DNA of 64,000 nt from Squalus acanthias. Lineage: Eukaryota. This document shows positions 1 to 42,924 of this stretch, one piece after another. A model generated the notes under the pieces. That model did no database searches, had not been told where the DNA came from, and saw nothing but the letters and a program-made list of their open reading frames with translations. Position numbers and translations under genes: made by a program. Where the stretch lies: NCBI GenBank assembly GCA_030390025.1, contig CM059425.1, positions 175,028,001-175,092,000 of the forward strand, given 5' to 3'. Position 1 is the first letter of the stretch. Every line of letters starts with the position of its first letter.

Positions 1-577
1 CATGATGTGGTTCTGTGCTTTGTAAGTAATACAATTCCAATGTATTACATCTCAATTTTCAATCATCTGCTATCCTATGAACATATGATAAAAGACCTCC
101 TGATCTCTTCAGCCTGACCCATTGTAATTGTGATATCATTTGCATCCTAGTGGGCAATGGTGGCCTGGCCTTGATTAAACCACCTATAATCGCTGAATAA
201 AGCAATTGTTTTAACCACACCTAACTAACTCCTGTAGCTGATAGATACAGCCTCACTTATGACCTGTTTTTAAAAAGGTTACTGAACACAGCACAGAGTA
301 AGGGTGTGGAAGGCTAAGTGCCTGGTTTCATAGGAAAATGAAGTGTTTTTGTTATGACATATGAGCAGCCTCTCCCTGTGCATGTCTGATCTCAGTATCA
401 AGCAACTCATGTTAACATATATAATAAATATTTTAAAAATAAATTTGTATGTGAGCAATGCTACAGAAGCTGCATTTTCTCAATGGTATTCTAGTCTACG
501 AATGTACTAAATATACACATCCAAGATAATTGGAATCAACCGTTCAAAAAAAAGTGACTGAGACTTAACTTTAGAAG

Positions 578-583
578 TTTATT
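578..583 (-). terminator. Candidate polyadenylation signal (AATAAA) of REEP5, about 300 nt after the stop
   Basis: TTTATT on the + strand within an AT-rich 3' UTR; usage not provable from sequence. Confidence 0.5.
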
Positions 584-885
584 GGACATCTACTAGACAA
601 TAAAAGGACAAGACATACCAGAAAAATGCCACTCTCAGAAATGAACCTGCATCATTGGCAATAGTCCATGAAATGTTTGCAACAAGCAATTAAACACTGA
701 TTGTAATATTACATTACATTTGAGTACCATATATTTTTTCCACTTTTCTTGATTTTGGTAAAATTGAGCATATAGATTATAAGAAACACATTTAAAGTGT
801 GCATTAAAAAACTTTCCAAAGGCAACATCTTAACACTCTGGATCACAGGGAGCCAAGGATAAAAGCAAGCTTTCTCAGGCATTGT

Positions 886-30674
<29,789 letters not shown>

Positions 30675-30689
30675 GACTTATATTAGCAA

Positions 30690-30850
30690 CAATAATCTAT
30701 CAAGTGCGCTGGCTCCTTGCTCTGGGTTTGCAGGCTGGAACGCTCGCTCTCAGAATGTCTGCAGCGGCCAGGGCGGGGCACGCGGCGCTGCGCTTCGGCT
30801 CCGAGCCGCCTGTATCAGCACGTCACAGCGCCTGCGTCACAATGCCCAGT
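30690..30850 (-). promoter_or_regulatory. REEP5 promoter/5' UTR, CpG-rich
   Basis: CpG-dense patch directly upstream of the ATG with a GC box GGGCGGGGC (~30771) and CRE-like half sites (CACGTCAC, TGCGTCAC). Confidence 0.65.
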
Positions 30851-31035
30851 GCCTTCCTCCAACTAACACTCCAATGTGTGTGCCAAACGAGCTCAGAGCC
30901 AATCCACAGCTTATTACAAATCATAGAAAAGAAAGACTTACATTTATATAGCGCCTTTCACGACCACCAGACGTTTCAAAGCGCTTTGCAGCCAATTAAG
31001 TACTTTAGGAGTGTCCTCACTGTTGTAATGTGGGA

Positions 31036-31363
31036 CTCTGCAAGATGCACTGCAGCAACTCCCAAACCCACGACCCTACCACCTAGAAGGACAAGGGCAG
31101 CAGGCACATGGGAACATCACCACCTCCAGCTTCCCCTCCAAGTCACACACCATCCTGACTTGAGAATATATCGCCGATCCTTCATCGTCGCTGGGTCAAA
31201 ATCCTGGAACTCCCTCCCGAACAGCACTGTGGGAGTACCTTCAACACATGTACTGCAGCGGTTTAAGAAGGCAGCTCACCACCACCTTCTCAAGGGCAAC
31301 GAGGGATGGGCAATAAATGCTGGCCTTGCCAGCGACGCCCAAATCCCATGAAGGAATAACAAA
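31036..31363 (+). mobile_element. RTE-X-like 3' fragment
   Basis: SFIVAGSKSWNSLPNSTVG...HHHLLKGN, AATAAA tail. Confidence 0.8.
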
Positions 31364-31379
31364 AAACGCAGAAGCCAAT

Positions 31380-34300
31380 GTTAGAGTCATAGAGTTATAC
31401 AGCACAGAAAGAGGCCCTTCGGCCCATCGTGTCTGTGCCGGCCATCAAGCCCTATCCTAATACCATTTTCCAGCACTTGGTCCATAGCCTTGTATGCTAT
31501 GGCATTTCAAGTGCTCATCTAAATGCTTCTTGAATGTTGTGTGGGTTCCTGCCTCCACCGCCCTTTCAGGCAGTGAGTTCCAGATTCCAACCACCCTCTG
31601 GGTGAAAAAGTTTTTCCTCAAATCCCCTCTAAACCTCCTGCCCCTTACCTTGAAACTATGGCCCCTGGTTATTGACCCCTCTACTAAGGGGAAAAGTTCC
31701 TTTCTATCTACCCTATCTATGCCCCTCATAATTTTGTACACCTCAATCAGATCCCCCCTCAGCCTTCTCTGTTCTAAGGAAAACAACCCCAGCCTGTCCA
31801 GTCTCTCTTCATAGCTGAAGTGCTCCAGCCCAGGTGACATCCTCTGCACCCTCTCCAATGCAATCACATCCTTCCTATAGTGTGGCGACCAGAATTGCAC
31901 ACAGTATTCCAGCTGTGGCCTAACTAGCGTTTTGTACAGCTCCATCATAACCTCCCTGCTCTTATATTCTATGCCTCGGCTAATGAAGGCAAGTATCCCA
32001 TATGCCTTTTTAACCACCTAATCTATCTGTCCTGCTACCTTCAGGGATCTATGCACATGCACACCAAGGTCCCTCTGATCCTCTGTCCTTCCTAGGGTCC
32101 TACCATTCATTGTGTATTCCTTTGCCTTGTTAGTCCTCCCAAAATGCATCACCTCACACTTTTCAGGATTAAATTCCATTTGCCACTGTTCTTCCCATCT
32201 GACCAACCCGTCTATATCGTCCTGTAGCCTAAGGCTTCCCTCCTTGCTATTTACCACTCCACCAATTTTCGTGTCATCTGCAAACTTACTGATCATACCT
32301 CCTACATTCATATCTAAATCATTAATGTACACTACAAACAGCAAGGGACCCAGTACCGATCCCTGTGGTACACCACTGGACACAGGCTTCCAGTCACAAA
32401 AACAACCTTCGACCATCACCCTCTGCCTCCTGCCACTAAGCCAATTTTGGATTCAATGTGCCAAATTGCCCTGGATCCCATGGGGCTCTTACCTTCTTAA
32501 CCAGTCTCCCATGCGGGACTTTGTCAAAAGCCTTACTGAAGTCCATGTAGACTACATCAATTGCACTACCCTCATCCACACACCTAGTCATCCCCTCAAA
32601 AAATTCAATCAAATTGGTCAGACATGATCGCCCCCTGACAAAGCCATGCTGACTATCCTTGATTAATCCTTGCCTCTCCAAGTGGAGACTAATTCTGTCC
32701 CTCAGAATTTTTTCCAATAATTTCCCTACCACTGATGTTAGGCTCACTGGCCTGTAATTCCCTGGTTTATCCCAACTACCCTTCTTGAATAATGGTACTA
32801 CGTTAGCTGTCCTCCAGTCCTCTGGCACCTCCCCTGTGGCCAGAGAGGTTCTGAAAATTTGTGTCAGAGCCCCTGCAATCTCCTCCCTTGCCTCACACAG
32901 CAGCCTGGGATACATCTCGTCTGGGCCTGGGGATTTATCCACTTTAAAGCCCTCTAAAACCGTTAGTACCTCCTCCCTCTCAATACTAATTTGTTCAAGC
33001 ATATCACAATCCCCCTGCCTGATTTCTATGCCTACATCATCCTTCTCCATAGTGAACACAGATGCAAAATATTCATTTAAAACCTCACCCACATCTTCCG
33101 GCTCTACACACAGATTGCCACTTTGGTCCCTAATGGGCCCTACTCTTTCCCTGGTTATCCTCTTGCCCTTAATATACTTATAAAACACCTTGGGATTTTC
33201 CTTTATTTTGCCCCCCAGTGTTTTTTCATGCCCCCTCTTCGCTCTCCTAATTTCTTTTTTAAGTACCCCCCTGCACTTTCTATACTCCTCTAGGGCTTCC
33301 ACTGTTTTTAGTCCTTTGTATCTGCCAAAAGCCTCCCTTTTTTTCCTAATCCATTCTTCTATATCCCTTGACATCCAGGGTTCCCTGGGCTTGTTGGTCC
33401 CACCCTTGACCTTTACGGGAATATGTTGGCGTTGTGCTCTCTCTATTTCCTTTCTGAAAGACTCCCACTGCTCTGATGTGGATTTTCCTACAAGTAGCTG
33501 ATCCCAGTCCACTTTGGCCAGATCCTGCCTTATCATATTAAAATCGGCCTTCCCCCAATTTAGAACCTTTATTTCTGGTCCATCTTTGTCCTTTTCCATG
33601 ACTACCTTAAATCTCACCGAATTATGGTCACTGTCACCAAAATACTCTCCTACTGACACTTCTACCACTTGCCCGGCTACATTCTCTAGAATTAGGTCCA
33701 GTACCGCCCCCTCTCTTGTAGGACTTTCTACATGCTGGCTCATAAAGCTCTCCTGGAAGCACTTTAAGAATTCCGCATCCTCTAAGCCTTTCACACTCTG
33801 ACTATCCCAGTTAATATTGGGTAAGTTGAAATCCCCTACTATTATTACCCTATTATTTCTACACTTCTCTGAGATTTGCCTACATATCTGTTCCTCTATC
33901 TCCCCCTGACTGCTGGTGGCCTATAGTACACTCCCAGCAAAGTGCTTGCCCCCTTTTTGTTTTTAAGTTCTACCCATAAGGCCTCATTAGAGGAACCTGC
34001 TAAGATATCATCCCTCCTTACAGCAGTAATTGACTCCTTGATTAATATTGCGACACCCCCTCCTCTTTTACACCCCCCTCTGTCTCGCCTGAAGATTCTA
34101 TACCCCGGAATATTGAGCTGCCAGTCTTGCCCCTCCCTCAACCATGTCTCTGTGATAGCAACAATATCATACTCCCATGTGTTCATCAACACCTTCAATT
34201 CATCTGCCTTACTCGCAAGATTCCTTGCATTAAAATAAATGCCATCCAGCCTTGCCATACTCCCTTGTGCCATTACATATTTGCTCTGCCTTCCAGGCTG

Positions 34301-35757
34301 ACTTGTTTTTTCCTCTATATTTGGCTGTGCATCACCCCCTACTATAGCTCCACTCCATATCCCAACCCCCAACAGTACGAGCAAACCTCCCCGCAAGGAT
34401 GTTGGTCCCGTTCCGGTTCAGGTGCAACCCGTCCGACTTGTACAGGTCCCACCTTCCCCAGAAGCAGACCCAGTGATCCAGGAAACTAAAGCCCTCCCTC
34501 CTGCACCAACTCTTTAGCCACGCATTCATCTGCTCTATCCTCCTATTCCTATACTCACTAGCACGTGGCACCGGGAGTAATCCAGAGATTACAACCTTTG
34601 AGGTCCTGCTTTTTAATCCGCTACCTAGCTCCCTAAATTCTTGTTGCAGGACCTCATCCCTCTTTCTACCTATGTCGTTGGTACCAATGTGAACCACGAC
34701 CTCTGACTGTTCGCCCTCCCCCTTCAGAATGCCCTGCAGCCGTTCAGTGACATCCTTGATCTTGGCACCAGGGAGGCAACATACCATCCTCCAATCACGT
34801 CTGCGGCCACAGAAACGTCTATCTGTTCCCCTTACGATAGAATCCCCTATCACTATTGCTCTCCCACTCTTTTTCCTCCCCTCCTGTGCAGCTGAGCCAC
34901 TCGTAGTGCCACGGACTTGGCTCTTGCTGCATTCCCCTGAGAAACAGGCAAAAGGGGTTAAGGGTTACGGAGAGAAGGCGGGGACGGGATACTGAATTGC
35001 AGGATCAGCCATGATCTCATTAAATGGCGGAGCAGGCTCGAAGGGCCGGATGGCCTACTCCTGCTCCTATCTTCTATGTATCTATATGTATCTATGTAAA
35101 CCATCTCCCCCAGCAGTATCCAAAACGGAAAATCTGTTGGAGAGGGAGATGGACCCAGGGGACACCTGCACTACCTTCCTAGTTCTTTTACTCTGTCTGG
35201 CGGTCACCCATTCCCTGCTATCCACGAAGATCTCAGCTTCGCAGATGCTCTACAGTGACTCCAGTCGCAGCTCCAGCTCCGAATTGCGGATTTCGAGTAG
35301 CTGCAGCTGGAGACACTTCCTGCACATGTGTTCGCCCTGGACACCGAAAGTGTCCCTGACTTCCCACATAGCACAGGAGGAGCACTCCATGCTGCCGAGC
35401 TGCCCTGCCATGTCCTACCCTTAATTTACTCCCTTTACTTCCTTTAAATTAAAGAATATTAAATACACTAGGGACTTTACTTCCCTTTAAACACTACTTA
35501 CTCTAAACTAGAGATCTTACTTTTACTTCTACGACTGGACTGTAGAAATACTCACCAGGTCCTACTTACCAATCAGCTCCTTCCCTGGTTGTGATGTCAC
35601 TTTAGCAGTTTTGCAGTTGTTGTTGTTTGACTGCTCCCGCTCTCAGACTCTTTCCCAACTCGCAGCACTCCGGTGTCGGGCCTCCTCTGCAGCGCTCTTT
35701 TATGGCCGCTCCACCTTCTCTCAGGTCCCACTGCCGCTCCCACACAGGTCCGCCTCC
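31380..35757 (-). mobile_element. Near full-length CR1 LINE (copy A), mutated ORF1/ORF2
   Basis: ORF1 esterase (IGDS, HIGTND, DGLHL); ORF2 EN/RT pieces in ORFs 33896-34396, 32436-33794, 32018-32419, 31457-32017; ACTCTATG-type tail. Confidence 0.92.
34946..35097 (+). mobile_element. Short CR1 3' end inserted into ORF1 of copy A
   Basis: AKGVKGYGEKAGTGY*, CR1 3' UTR, TCTATGTA-like tail; TSD AAAC; empty site visible in copy B (TGAGAAACCATCTC). Confidence 0.85.
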
Positions 35758-35792
35758 TTGCACACAGCAAGCTCCCACAAACAGCAATGTGA

Positions 35793-37870
35793 ACATTTTT
35801 TAAATTCGTTTATGGGATGTGGGCGTCGCTGAATGTTTAAGGTGGTGGATGGAGTGCCAATCAAGCGGGCTGCTTTGTCCTGGATGGTGTCGAGCTTCTT
35901 GAGTGTTGTTGGAGCTGCACTCATCCAGGTAAGTGGAGAGTATTCCATCACACTCCTTACTTGTGCCTTGTAGATGATGGAAAGGCTTTGGGGAGTCAGG
36001 AGGTGAGACTCACCGCAGAATACCTAGCCTCTGACCAGCTCTTGTTGCCACAGTATTTATGTGGCTGGTCCAGTTAAGTTTCTGGTCAATGGTGACCCCC
36101 AGGATATTGATAGTGGGGGATTCGGCGATGGTAATGCCGTTGAATGACAAGAGGCGGTGATTAGACTCTCCCTTGTTGGAGATAGTCATTGCCTGGCACT
36201 TCCGTGGTGCGAATGTAACCTGCCACTTATCAGTCCAAACCTGAACGTCGTCCAGGTCTTGTTGCATGCGGGAAAGGACTGCTTCATTATTTGAGGAGTT
36301 GTGAATGCCACTGAACACTGTGCAGTCATCAGCAAACATCCCCATTTCTGACTTTATGTTGGAGGGAAGATCATTGATGAAGCAGCTGAAGATGGTTGGG
36401 CCTAGGACACTGCCCTGAGGAACTCCTGCAGTGATGTCCTGGGCTGTGATGATTGACCTTCAACCACCACAACGATCTTCCTTTGTGCTAGGTATGACTC
36501 CAGCCAGTGGAGAGTTTTCCCCCCGATTCTCATTGACTTCAGTTTTACTAGGGCTCCTTGATGCCACACTTGGTCAAATGCTGCCTTGATGTCTAGGGCA
36601 GTCACTCTCACCTCACCTTTGGAATTCAGCTCCTTTGTCCATGTTTGGACCAAGGCTGTAATGAGGTCGGGAGCCAAGTGGTCTTGGCGGAACCCAAACT
36701 GGGCATTAGTGAGCAGGTTATTGGTGAGTAAGTGCCGCTTGATAGCACTGTCGATGACACCTTCCATCACTTTGCTGATGATTGAAAGTTAACTGATGGG
36801 GCGGTAATTGGCCAGATTGGATTTGTCCTGCTTTTTGTGGACAGGACATACCTGGGCAGTTTTCCACATTGTCGGATAGATGCCAGTGTTGTAGCTGTAC
36901 TGGAACAGCTAGGCTAGAGGTGCGGCTAGTTCTGGAGCACAAGTCTTCAGCACGATAGCTGGGATGTTGTCGGGGCCCATAGCCTTTGCTGTATCCAGTG
37001 CGCTCAGCCATTTCTTAATATCACGTGGAGTGAATCGAATTGGCTGAAGATTGGCTTCTGTGATGGTGGGAACCTCAGGAATAGGCCGATATTGATCATC
37101 CACTCGGCACTTCTTGCTGAAGATGGTTGCAAACGCTTCAACCTTGTCTTTTGCACTCACATGCTGGGCTCCACCATCATTGAGGGTGGGGATGTTCATG
37201 GAGCCTCCTCCTCCCGTTAGTTGTTCAATGGTCCACCACCATTCACGACTGGATGTGGCAGGACTGCAGAGCTATGATCTGATCTGTTGATTGTGGGATC
37301 GCTTAGCCCTATCTATAGCATGCTGCTTCCGCTTTTTAGCATGCCTGTAGTCCTGTGTTGCAGCTTCCCCAGGTTGGCACCTCATTTTTAGGTACACCTG
37401 GTGCTGCCCCTGGCATGCTCTTCTACACTCCTTATTGAACTAAGGTTGGTCCCCTGGCTTGATGGTAATGATAGAGTGAGGGATATACCGGGCCTTGAGG
37501 TTACAGATTGTGGTGGAATACAATTCTGCTGCTGCTGATGGCCCACAGCGCCTCATGGATGCCCAGTTTTGAGCTGCTAGATCTGTTCTGAATCTATCCC
37601 ATTTAGCACGGTGGTAGTGCCACACAACATAATAGAGGGTGTCTTCAGTGTGAAGATGGGACTTCATCTCCACAATGACTGTGCGGTGGTCACTGCTACC
37701 AATACTGTCATGGACAGATGCATCTGCGACAGGTAGATTGGTAAGGACGAGGTCAAGTAGGTTTTTCCCTCGTGTTGGTTCTCTCACCACCTGTCGCAGG
37801 CCCAGACTGGCAGTTATTTCCTTCAGGACTCGGCCAGCTCGGTCAATAGTGGTGCTACCGAGGCACTCTT
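35793..37870 (-). mobile_element. RTE-X-like LINE, 5'-truncated with an internal deletion near the 3' end
   Basis: EPTRGKNLLDLV, SDH, KAMGPDNIP, AQFGFR, ALDIKAAFD, FADD. Confidence 0.85.
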
Positions 37871-38554
37871 GACCAGATAATCTGTATTTTGTTATGTTGA
37901 TTGAGGGATAAATATTGGCCAGGACACAGGGATAACTCCCCTGCTCTTCTGCAAAATAGTGCCTTGGGATCTTTTACATCCACCTGAGAGAGCAGTCAGG
38001 GCCTCAGTTTAATATCTCATCTGAAAGACAGTACCTCTGACAGTGCAGTACTCCCTCAGCACTGCAGTGTCAACCTAGATTTATGTGCTCAAGTCTCTGG
38101 AGTGGGATTTGAACCAACAAACTTCTGACTCAGAGGCAAGTGTGCTACCCACAGAGCCACAGCTGACACTGTGGCATGTGCACTTGTTCATGTCTGTGTC
38201 ACTTGACTTCCTGTTCTCACGTTTTTAATTTCCTGTGGCCATATTTCTAATTTTGCTGGTGTAAAATTGTCACACTTGTAATTACATGATAGTTTAATGC
38301 CTAGTTTGTGACTATCTTCACATAACCTCTCTGAAAAATATTAGCACTTACATCCACCATCTTGTTTCATGTGCAGGTAAGTTTGGGTTGCAAGTTTTAG
38401 GTTTATCTTGGAAGTACTCAGCAGATCAGTCAGCATTTGTGGAGATAACAGTCGAGTTAGATCTAGTTCAGCACAAGAAACAGCTTTTCCTTTAACTCCA
38501 CTCATTGCCTCCAGATAAAAGGTGTTGCTATGGGAATCCGCATGTGTCCTATAT

Positions 38555-40862
38555 ACGTAATACCTATATTTAAGAAGGGAGATAGAACATGTCCAGGGAA
38601 TTATAGACCAGTCAGCTGAACATCGGTGGTAGGAAAAATAATGGAATCCCTACTAATGGAGAAAATAGAAGAACATCTAGAACCCAAAAATATAATAATG
38701 AATAGTCAGCATGAATAATGCAGTAGATGTAATTTATTTAGATTTTCAAAAGGCCTTCGATAAGGTACCACATAATAGACTAATGAATAAAGTCAAAGCA
38801 TTTTTTTATTTGTTCCGGGATGTGGGCGTCGCAGGCAAGGCCAGCATTTATTGGCCATCACTAATTGCCCTTGAGGTGGTGGTGAGCCGCCGCCTTGAAC
38901 TACTGAAGTCCATGTGGTGATCATCCTCCCACTGTGCTGTTAGGGAGGGAGTTCCAGGATTTTGACCCAGTGACGAAGGCACAGCGACATTTTTCCAAGT
39001 CAGGATGGTGTGTAACTTGGAGGGGAACTTGCAGGTGATGGTGTTCCCATGACCCTGCTGCCCTTGTCCTTCTAGGTGGTAGAGGTTGCGGGTTTTGGAG
39101 GTGCTGCCAAAGAAGCCTTGGCGAGTTGCTGCAGTGCATCTTGTAAATGGTACCGTGCGGAGTCAGGGGACAAGTAGCTGAATGGATAACTAGCTGGCTT
39201 CAAGAAACTTGTATTTATATAGCGCCTTTAACGTAGTAAAATGTCCCAAGGTGCTGCACAGGAGTATTTTAAGACAACAAGTTTGACACCGATCCATATA
39301 AGGATAAATTAGGGCAGGTGATCAAAAGCTTGGTCAAAGAGGTAGGTTTTAAGGAGCGTCTTAAAGGAAGAAAGAGAGGTAGAGAGGCGGAGAGGTTTAG
39401 GGAGGGAATTCCAGAGCTTAGGGCCTAGGCAACAGAAGGCACGGCCACCAAAGGTTGAGTGATTATAATCAGGGATGCTCAAGAGGGCAGAATTAAGAGG
39501 AGCGCAGATATCTCGGGGGGTTGTGGGGCTGAAGGAGATTACAGAGATAGGATGACCTCAAGTTTACGTAGGGTGGAATGTGGGAGGCCAGCCAGGAGTG
39601 CGTTGGAATAGTCAAGTCTAGAGGTAACAAAGGCATGGATGAGGGTTTCAGCAGTGGATGAGCTGAGGCAAGAGCGGAGATGGGTGATGTTTCGGAGGTG
39701 GAAGTAGGCGGTCTTTGTTATGCTGCGGATATGTGGTCGGAAGCTCATTTCAGGGTCAAATATAACACCAAGGTTGCGAACCTTGGTGTCATAGGGTAGG
39801 GGTAAAGGGTACTATTCAGAGTGGCAGAAGGTGGGAAGTGGTGTTCCACAAGCATTAGTGCTGGCACCACTGTTGTTCGCAATTTATATTAACCATTTAG
39901 ACCCTGGAATCAAAAACACAATTTCAAAATTTGCAGATCACACCAAATTGGAGGGGGTTAATCAATACTGAGGAGGACTGCAACAAATTACAGAAAGACA
40001 TTAATAAACTTGAAGAATGGGCATATAATTGGCAAATGAAATTCAAACAGATAAATGTGAGGTATTACATTTTGGAAAGAAAAATAGGGAGGTCACGTAT
40101 TACTTGGAAAATATGAATCTAAGTGGGGTAGAAGAGCAAAGGGATCTCGGAGTACAATACACCAATCACTGAAAGTAGCGACACAGGTTAACAAGACCAT
40201 AAAAAAGCAAACCAAGCACTAGGGTTTATTTCTAGATGGATTGAATTGAAAAGTAGAGAAGTTATGCTAAACTTGTATCAAACCTTGGTTAGACCACACT
40301 TGGAGTGCTGCGTACAATTCATATTGCCATATTATAAAGGGGATATAGAGGCACTGGAGAGGATGCAGAAAAGATTTACAAGGATGATATCAGAAATGCG
40401 TGGATATACCTATCAGGAAAGGATGACCAGGCTGGGTTTCTTTTCTCTTGAAAATAGAAGGCTGAGGGGTGACCTAATAGAGGTCTTTAAAATTATGAAA
40501 GGTTTTGATAGAGTGGATACAGAGAGAATGTTTCCACTTGTGGGGAAGAGCAAAACTAGAGGCCATCAATATAAGATAGTCAGAATATAAGAAATCAAAT
40601 AGGGAATTCAGAAAAAACTTCTTTACCCAGAGAGTGGTGAGAATGTGGAACTCACTACCACAGGAAGTGGTTGAAGCGAATTGTACATATGCATTTAAGG
40701 GGAGGTTCGATAAGCATATGAGGGAGAAGGGAATAGAGGGTTATGCTGATAGAGTTAGATGAGGGAAGACGGGAGGAGGCTCGAGTGGAGCATAAACACC
40801 GGCATGGACTGGTTGGGCTGAATGGCCTGTTTCTGTGCTGTATATCCTGTGTAATTCTATGT
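38555..40862 (+). mobile_element. CR1 LINE 3' half, interrupted by RTE-X-like (~38800-39152, minus) and L2 (~39205-39790, minus) fragments
   Basis: NYRPVS, YLDFQKAFDKVPH, LVRPHLE, LRGDLIE; ATTCTATG tail. Confidence 0.85.
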
Positions 40863-40870
40863 CCTACAAT

Positions 40871-41335
40871 GTCAGCTGTGGCTCAGTTGGTAGCGCACTG
40901 AGTCAGAAGGTTGTGGGTTCATAGTCCCACTCCAAGGACTTAAGCACATAAATCTAGGCTGACACTCCAGCGCAGTGCTGAGGGAGTGCTGCACTGTCAG
41001 AGGTATCGTCTTTTGGATGAGGCGTTAAACCGAGGCCCCGTCTGCTCTCTCAGGTGGACGTAAAAGAACCCATGGTACTATTTCAAAGAAGAGTAGGGAA
41101 GTTATCCCCGGTGTCCTGGCCAATATTTATCCTTCAATCAACATAACAAAAACAGTTTATCTGGTCATTATCACATTGCTGTTTGTGGGAGCTTGCTGTG
41201 TGCAAATTGGCTGCTGCGTTTCCTACATTACAACAGTGACTACACTCCAAAAGTACTTCATTGGCTGTAAAGCACTTTGAGACGTCCGGTGGTCATGAAA
41301 GGCGCTATATAAATGTAAGTCTTTCTTTTCTTTCT
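40871..41335 (+). mobile_element. Full-length DeuSINE (SacSINE1-like)
   Basis: tRNA-derived head (TGGCTCAGTTGG A-box, GGGTTCATAGTCC B-box-like), Deu core (CAGGTGGACGTAAAAGA, GTCCTGGCCAATATTTATCC), L2 tail GGCGCTATATAAATG. Confidence 0.88.
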
Positions 41336-41342
41336 ATATGAC

Positions 41343-41565
41343 TGTCTGTGTGGAGTTTGCACATTCTCCCCGTGTCTGCGTGGGTTTCCTCCGGGTGCTC
41401 CGGTTTCCTCCCACAGTCCAAAGATGTGCGGGTTAGGTTGATTTGGCTATGATAAATTGACCCTTAGTGTTAGGGGGGATTAAATACGTGAGGTTACGGG
41501 GATAGGGTGGGATATGTGTCGGTGCAGGCTCTATCTGCACTGTGGGGATTCTGTGATTCTGTGAT
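41343..41565 (+). mobile_element. V-SINE (HE1-like) fragment
   Basis: V-domain TGTGTGGAGTTTGCACATTCTCCCCGTGTCTGCGTGGGTTTCCTCCGGGTGCTCCGGTTTCCTCCCACAGTCCAAAGA; CR1-like tail. Confidence 0.85.
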
Positions 41566-42262
41566 CTGCCTGCCTTTTTGTAGGATATATTAAATACTCT
41601 TTGCTTCAGTCCTACTCAGGTACCCTGCCTGACCTCTTTTTCAGTTACATTGATGACTGTGATGGTGCTACTTACTACTCTTGCCTTGATCTATACAGAG
41701 AAGGCACTGACTCTCACAATTACCTGGATTACTTCCCACCACACTTTTGAAGAATGACCTAACCAGGGCAGACAAGGTAACGCATCAGCCCCTGTTCCCT
41801 TTTCTTACTTGGGGTTCCTGGGCACTATAACATTCTTCACCCTTGAAAATTAACAGCTGCACAACTAACTCAACATACTGCACTCTGGTTAAGGGGAGGA
41901 CTAACTTGGGATCTTACTGTATATGTCATCATCTGCCTTAACAGAAATTACTAACATGCACAATCTTAAAACCCTTTCCTTCATTTTAACAGGTTGTTGT
42001 GTTTATGTCTTCCTGCCACCATTCTATATTGGTCCTTCTTCTGATTCTATAGGTGCCAATGAGAGGCCAGAGCAGTGAAGTGACATCAAGGTGAGTGAAT
42101 TCTTGTTAAGATTTATTGTCAGATGATATATTAATAGTAGTAAAAATGTGGGTAATATTAATTTGCCAGTTTTCATGAGTCCAGAAAGTTTCTTGCAGAC
42201 TTCACTCATAACCTGCAAATATGGGAAACTGCATTGACTTGCTCTTTCACCTTCACCCAAGC

Positions 42263-42790
42263 ATAGGAATATAGGAACAGGAGTAGGCCATTTTGCCCCT
42301 TGAGCCTGTTCCACCATTCAATGAGATCATGGCTGATCTGTGACCTAACTCCATATACCCGCCTTTGCCCCATATCCCTTAATACCTTTGGTTAACAAAA
42401 ATCTATCAATCTCCAATTTAAAATTAACAATTGATCCAACATCAATTGCTGTTTGTGGAAGAGAGTTCCAAACTTCTACCACCTTTTGTGTGTAGAAGTG
42501 TTTCCTAATTTCACTCCCGAAAGGTCTGGCTCTAATTTTTAGATTATGCCCCCTAGAATCCCCAACCAGCGGAAATAGTTTCTCTCTATCTACCCTATCT
42601 GTTCCCCATAATATCTTGAAAACTTCAATCAAATCACCCCTTAACCTTCTAAATTCCAGGGAAAACAACCCTAGTTTGTGTAATCTGTCCTTGTAATTTA
42701 ACCCCTGGAATCCGGGTATCATTCTGCACTCCTTCCAAGGCCAATATATCCTTCCTAAGGTGTGGTGCCCAGAACTGCTCACAGTACTCC
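42263..42790 (-). mobile_element. CR1 3' fragment
   Basis: LGLFSLEFRRLRGDLIE, FYTQKVVEVWNSLP. Confidence 0.85.
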
Positions 42791-42924
42791 ATTTCAAACC
42801 TGGCTCCTGACCAAAGGGCATTCCTCAGCTCTAAAGAGGACAACCCACCATTGTAACACTTCCTGGAGTACCACCTCCAGACTGCATCCTCAAAACTAGC
42901 AGTCCTCCTCCTCCTCACTCCTGT

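Larger units (their letters stand above)
30925..38168 (-). mobile_element. One DeuSINE (SacSINE1-like) split into four pieces (30925-31035, 31364-31379, 35758-35792, 37870-38168) by three LINE insertions
   Basis: The pieces concatenate into a sequence colinear with the reverse complement of 40871-41335. Confidence 0.8.
38500..41740 (+). mobile_element. Penelope-like RT fragment split by a nested CR1/SINE stack
   Basis: LQIKGVAMGIRMCP at ~38510-38550 continues as ACLFVGYI...LFFSYIDD at ~41567-41660. Confidence 0.6.

Noticed and set aside
40871..40935. tRNA gene
   Set aside because: tRNA-derived SINE head that continues directly into the Deu core; no complete cloverleaf.
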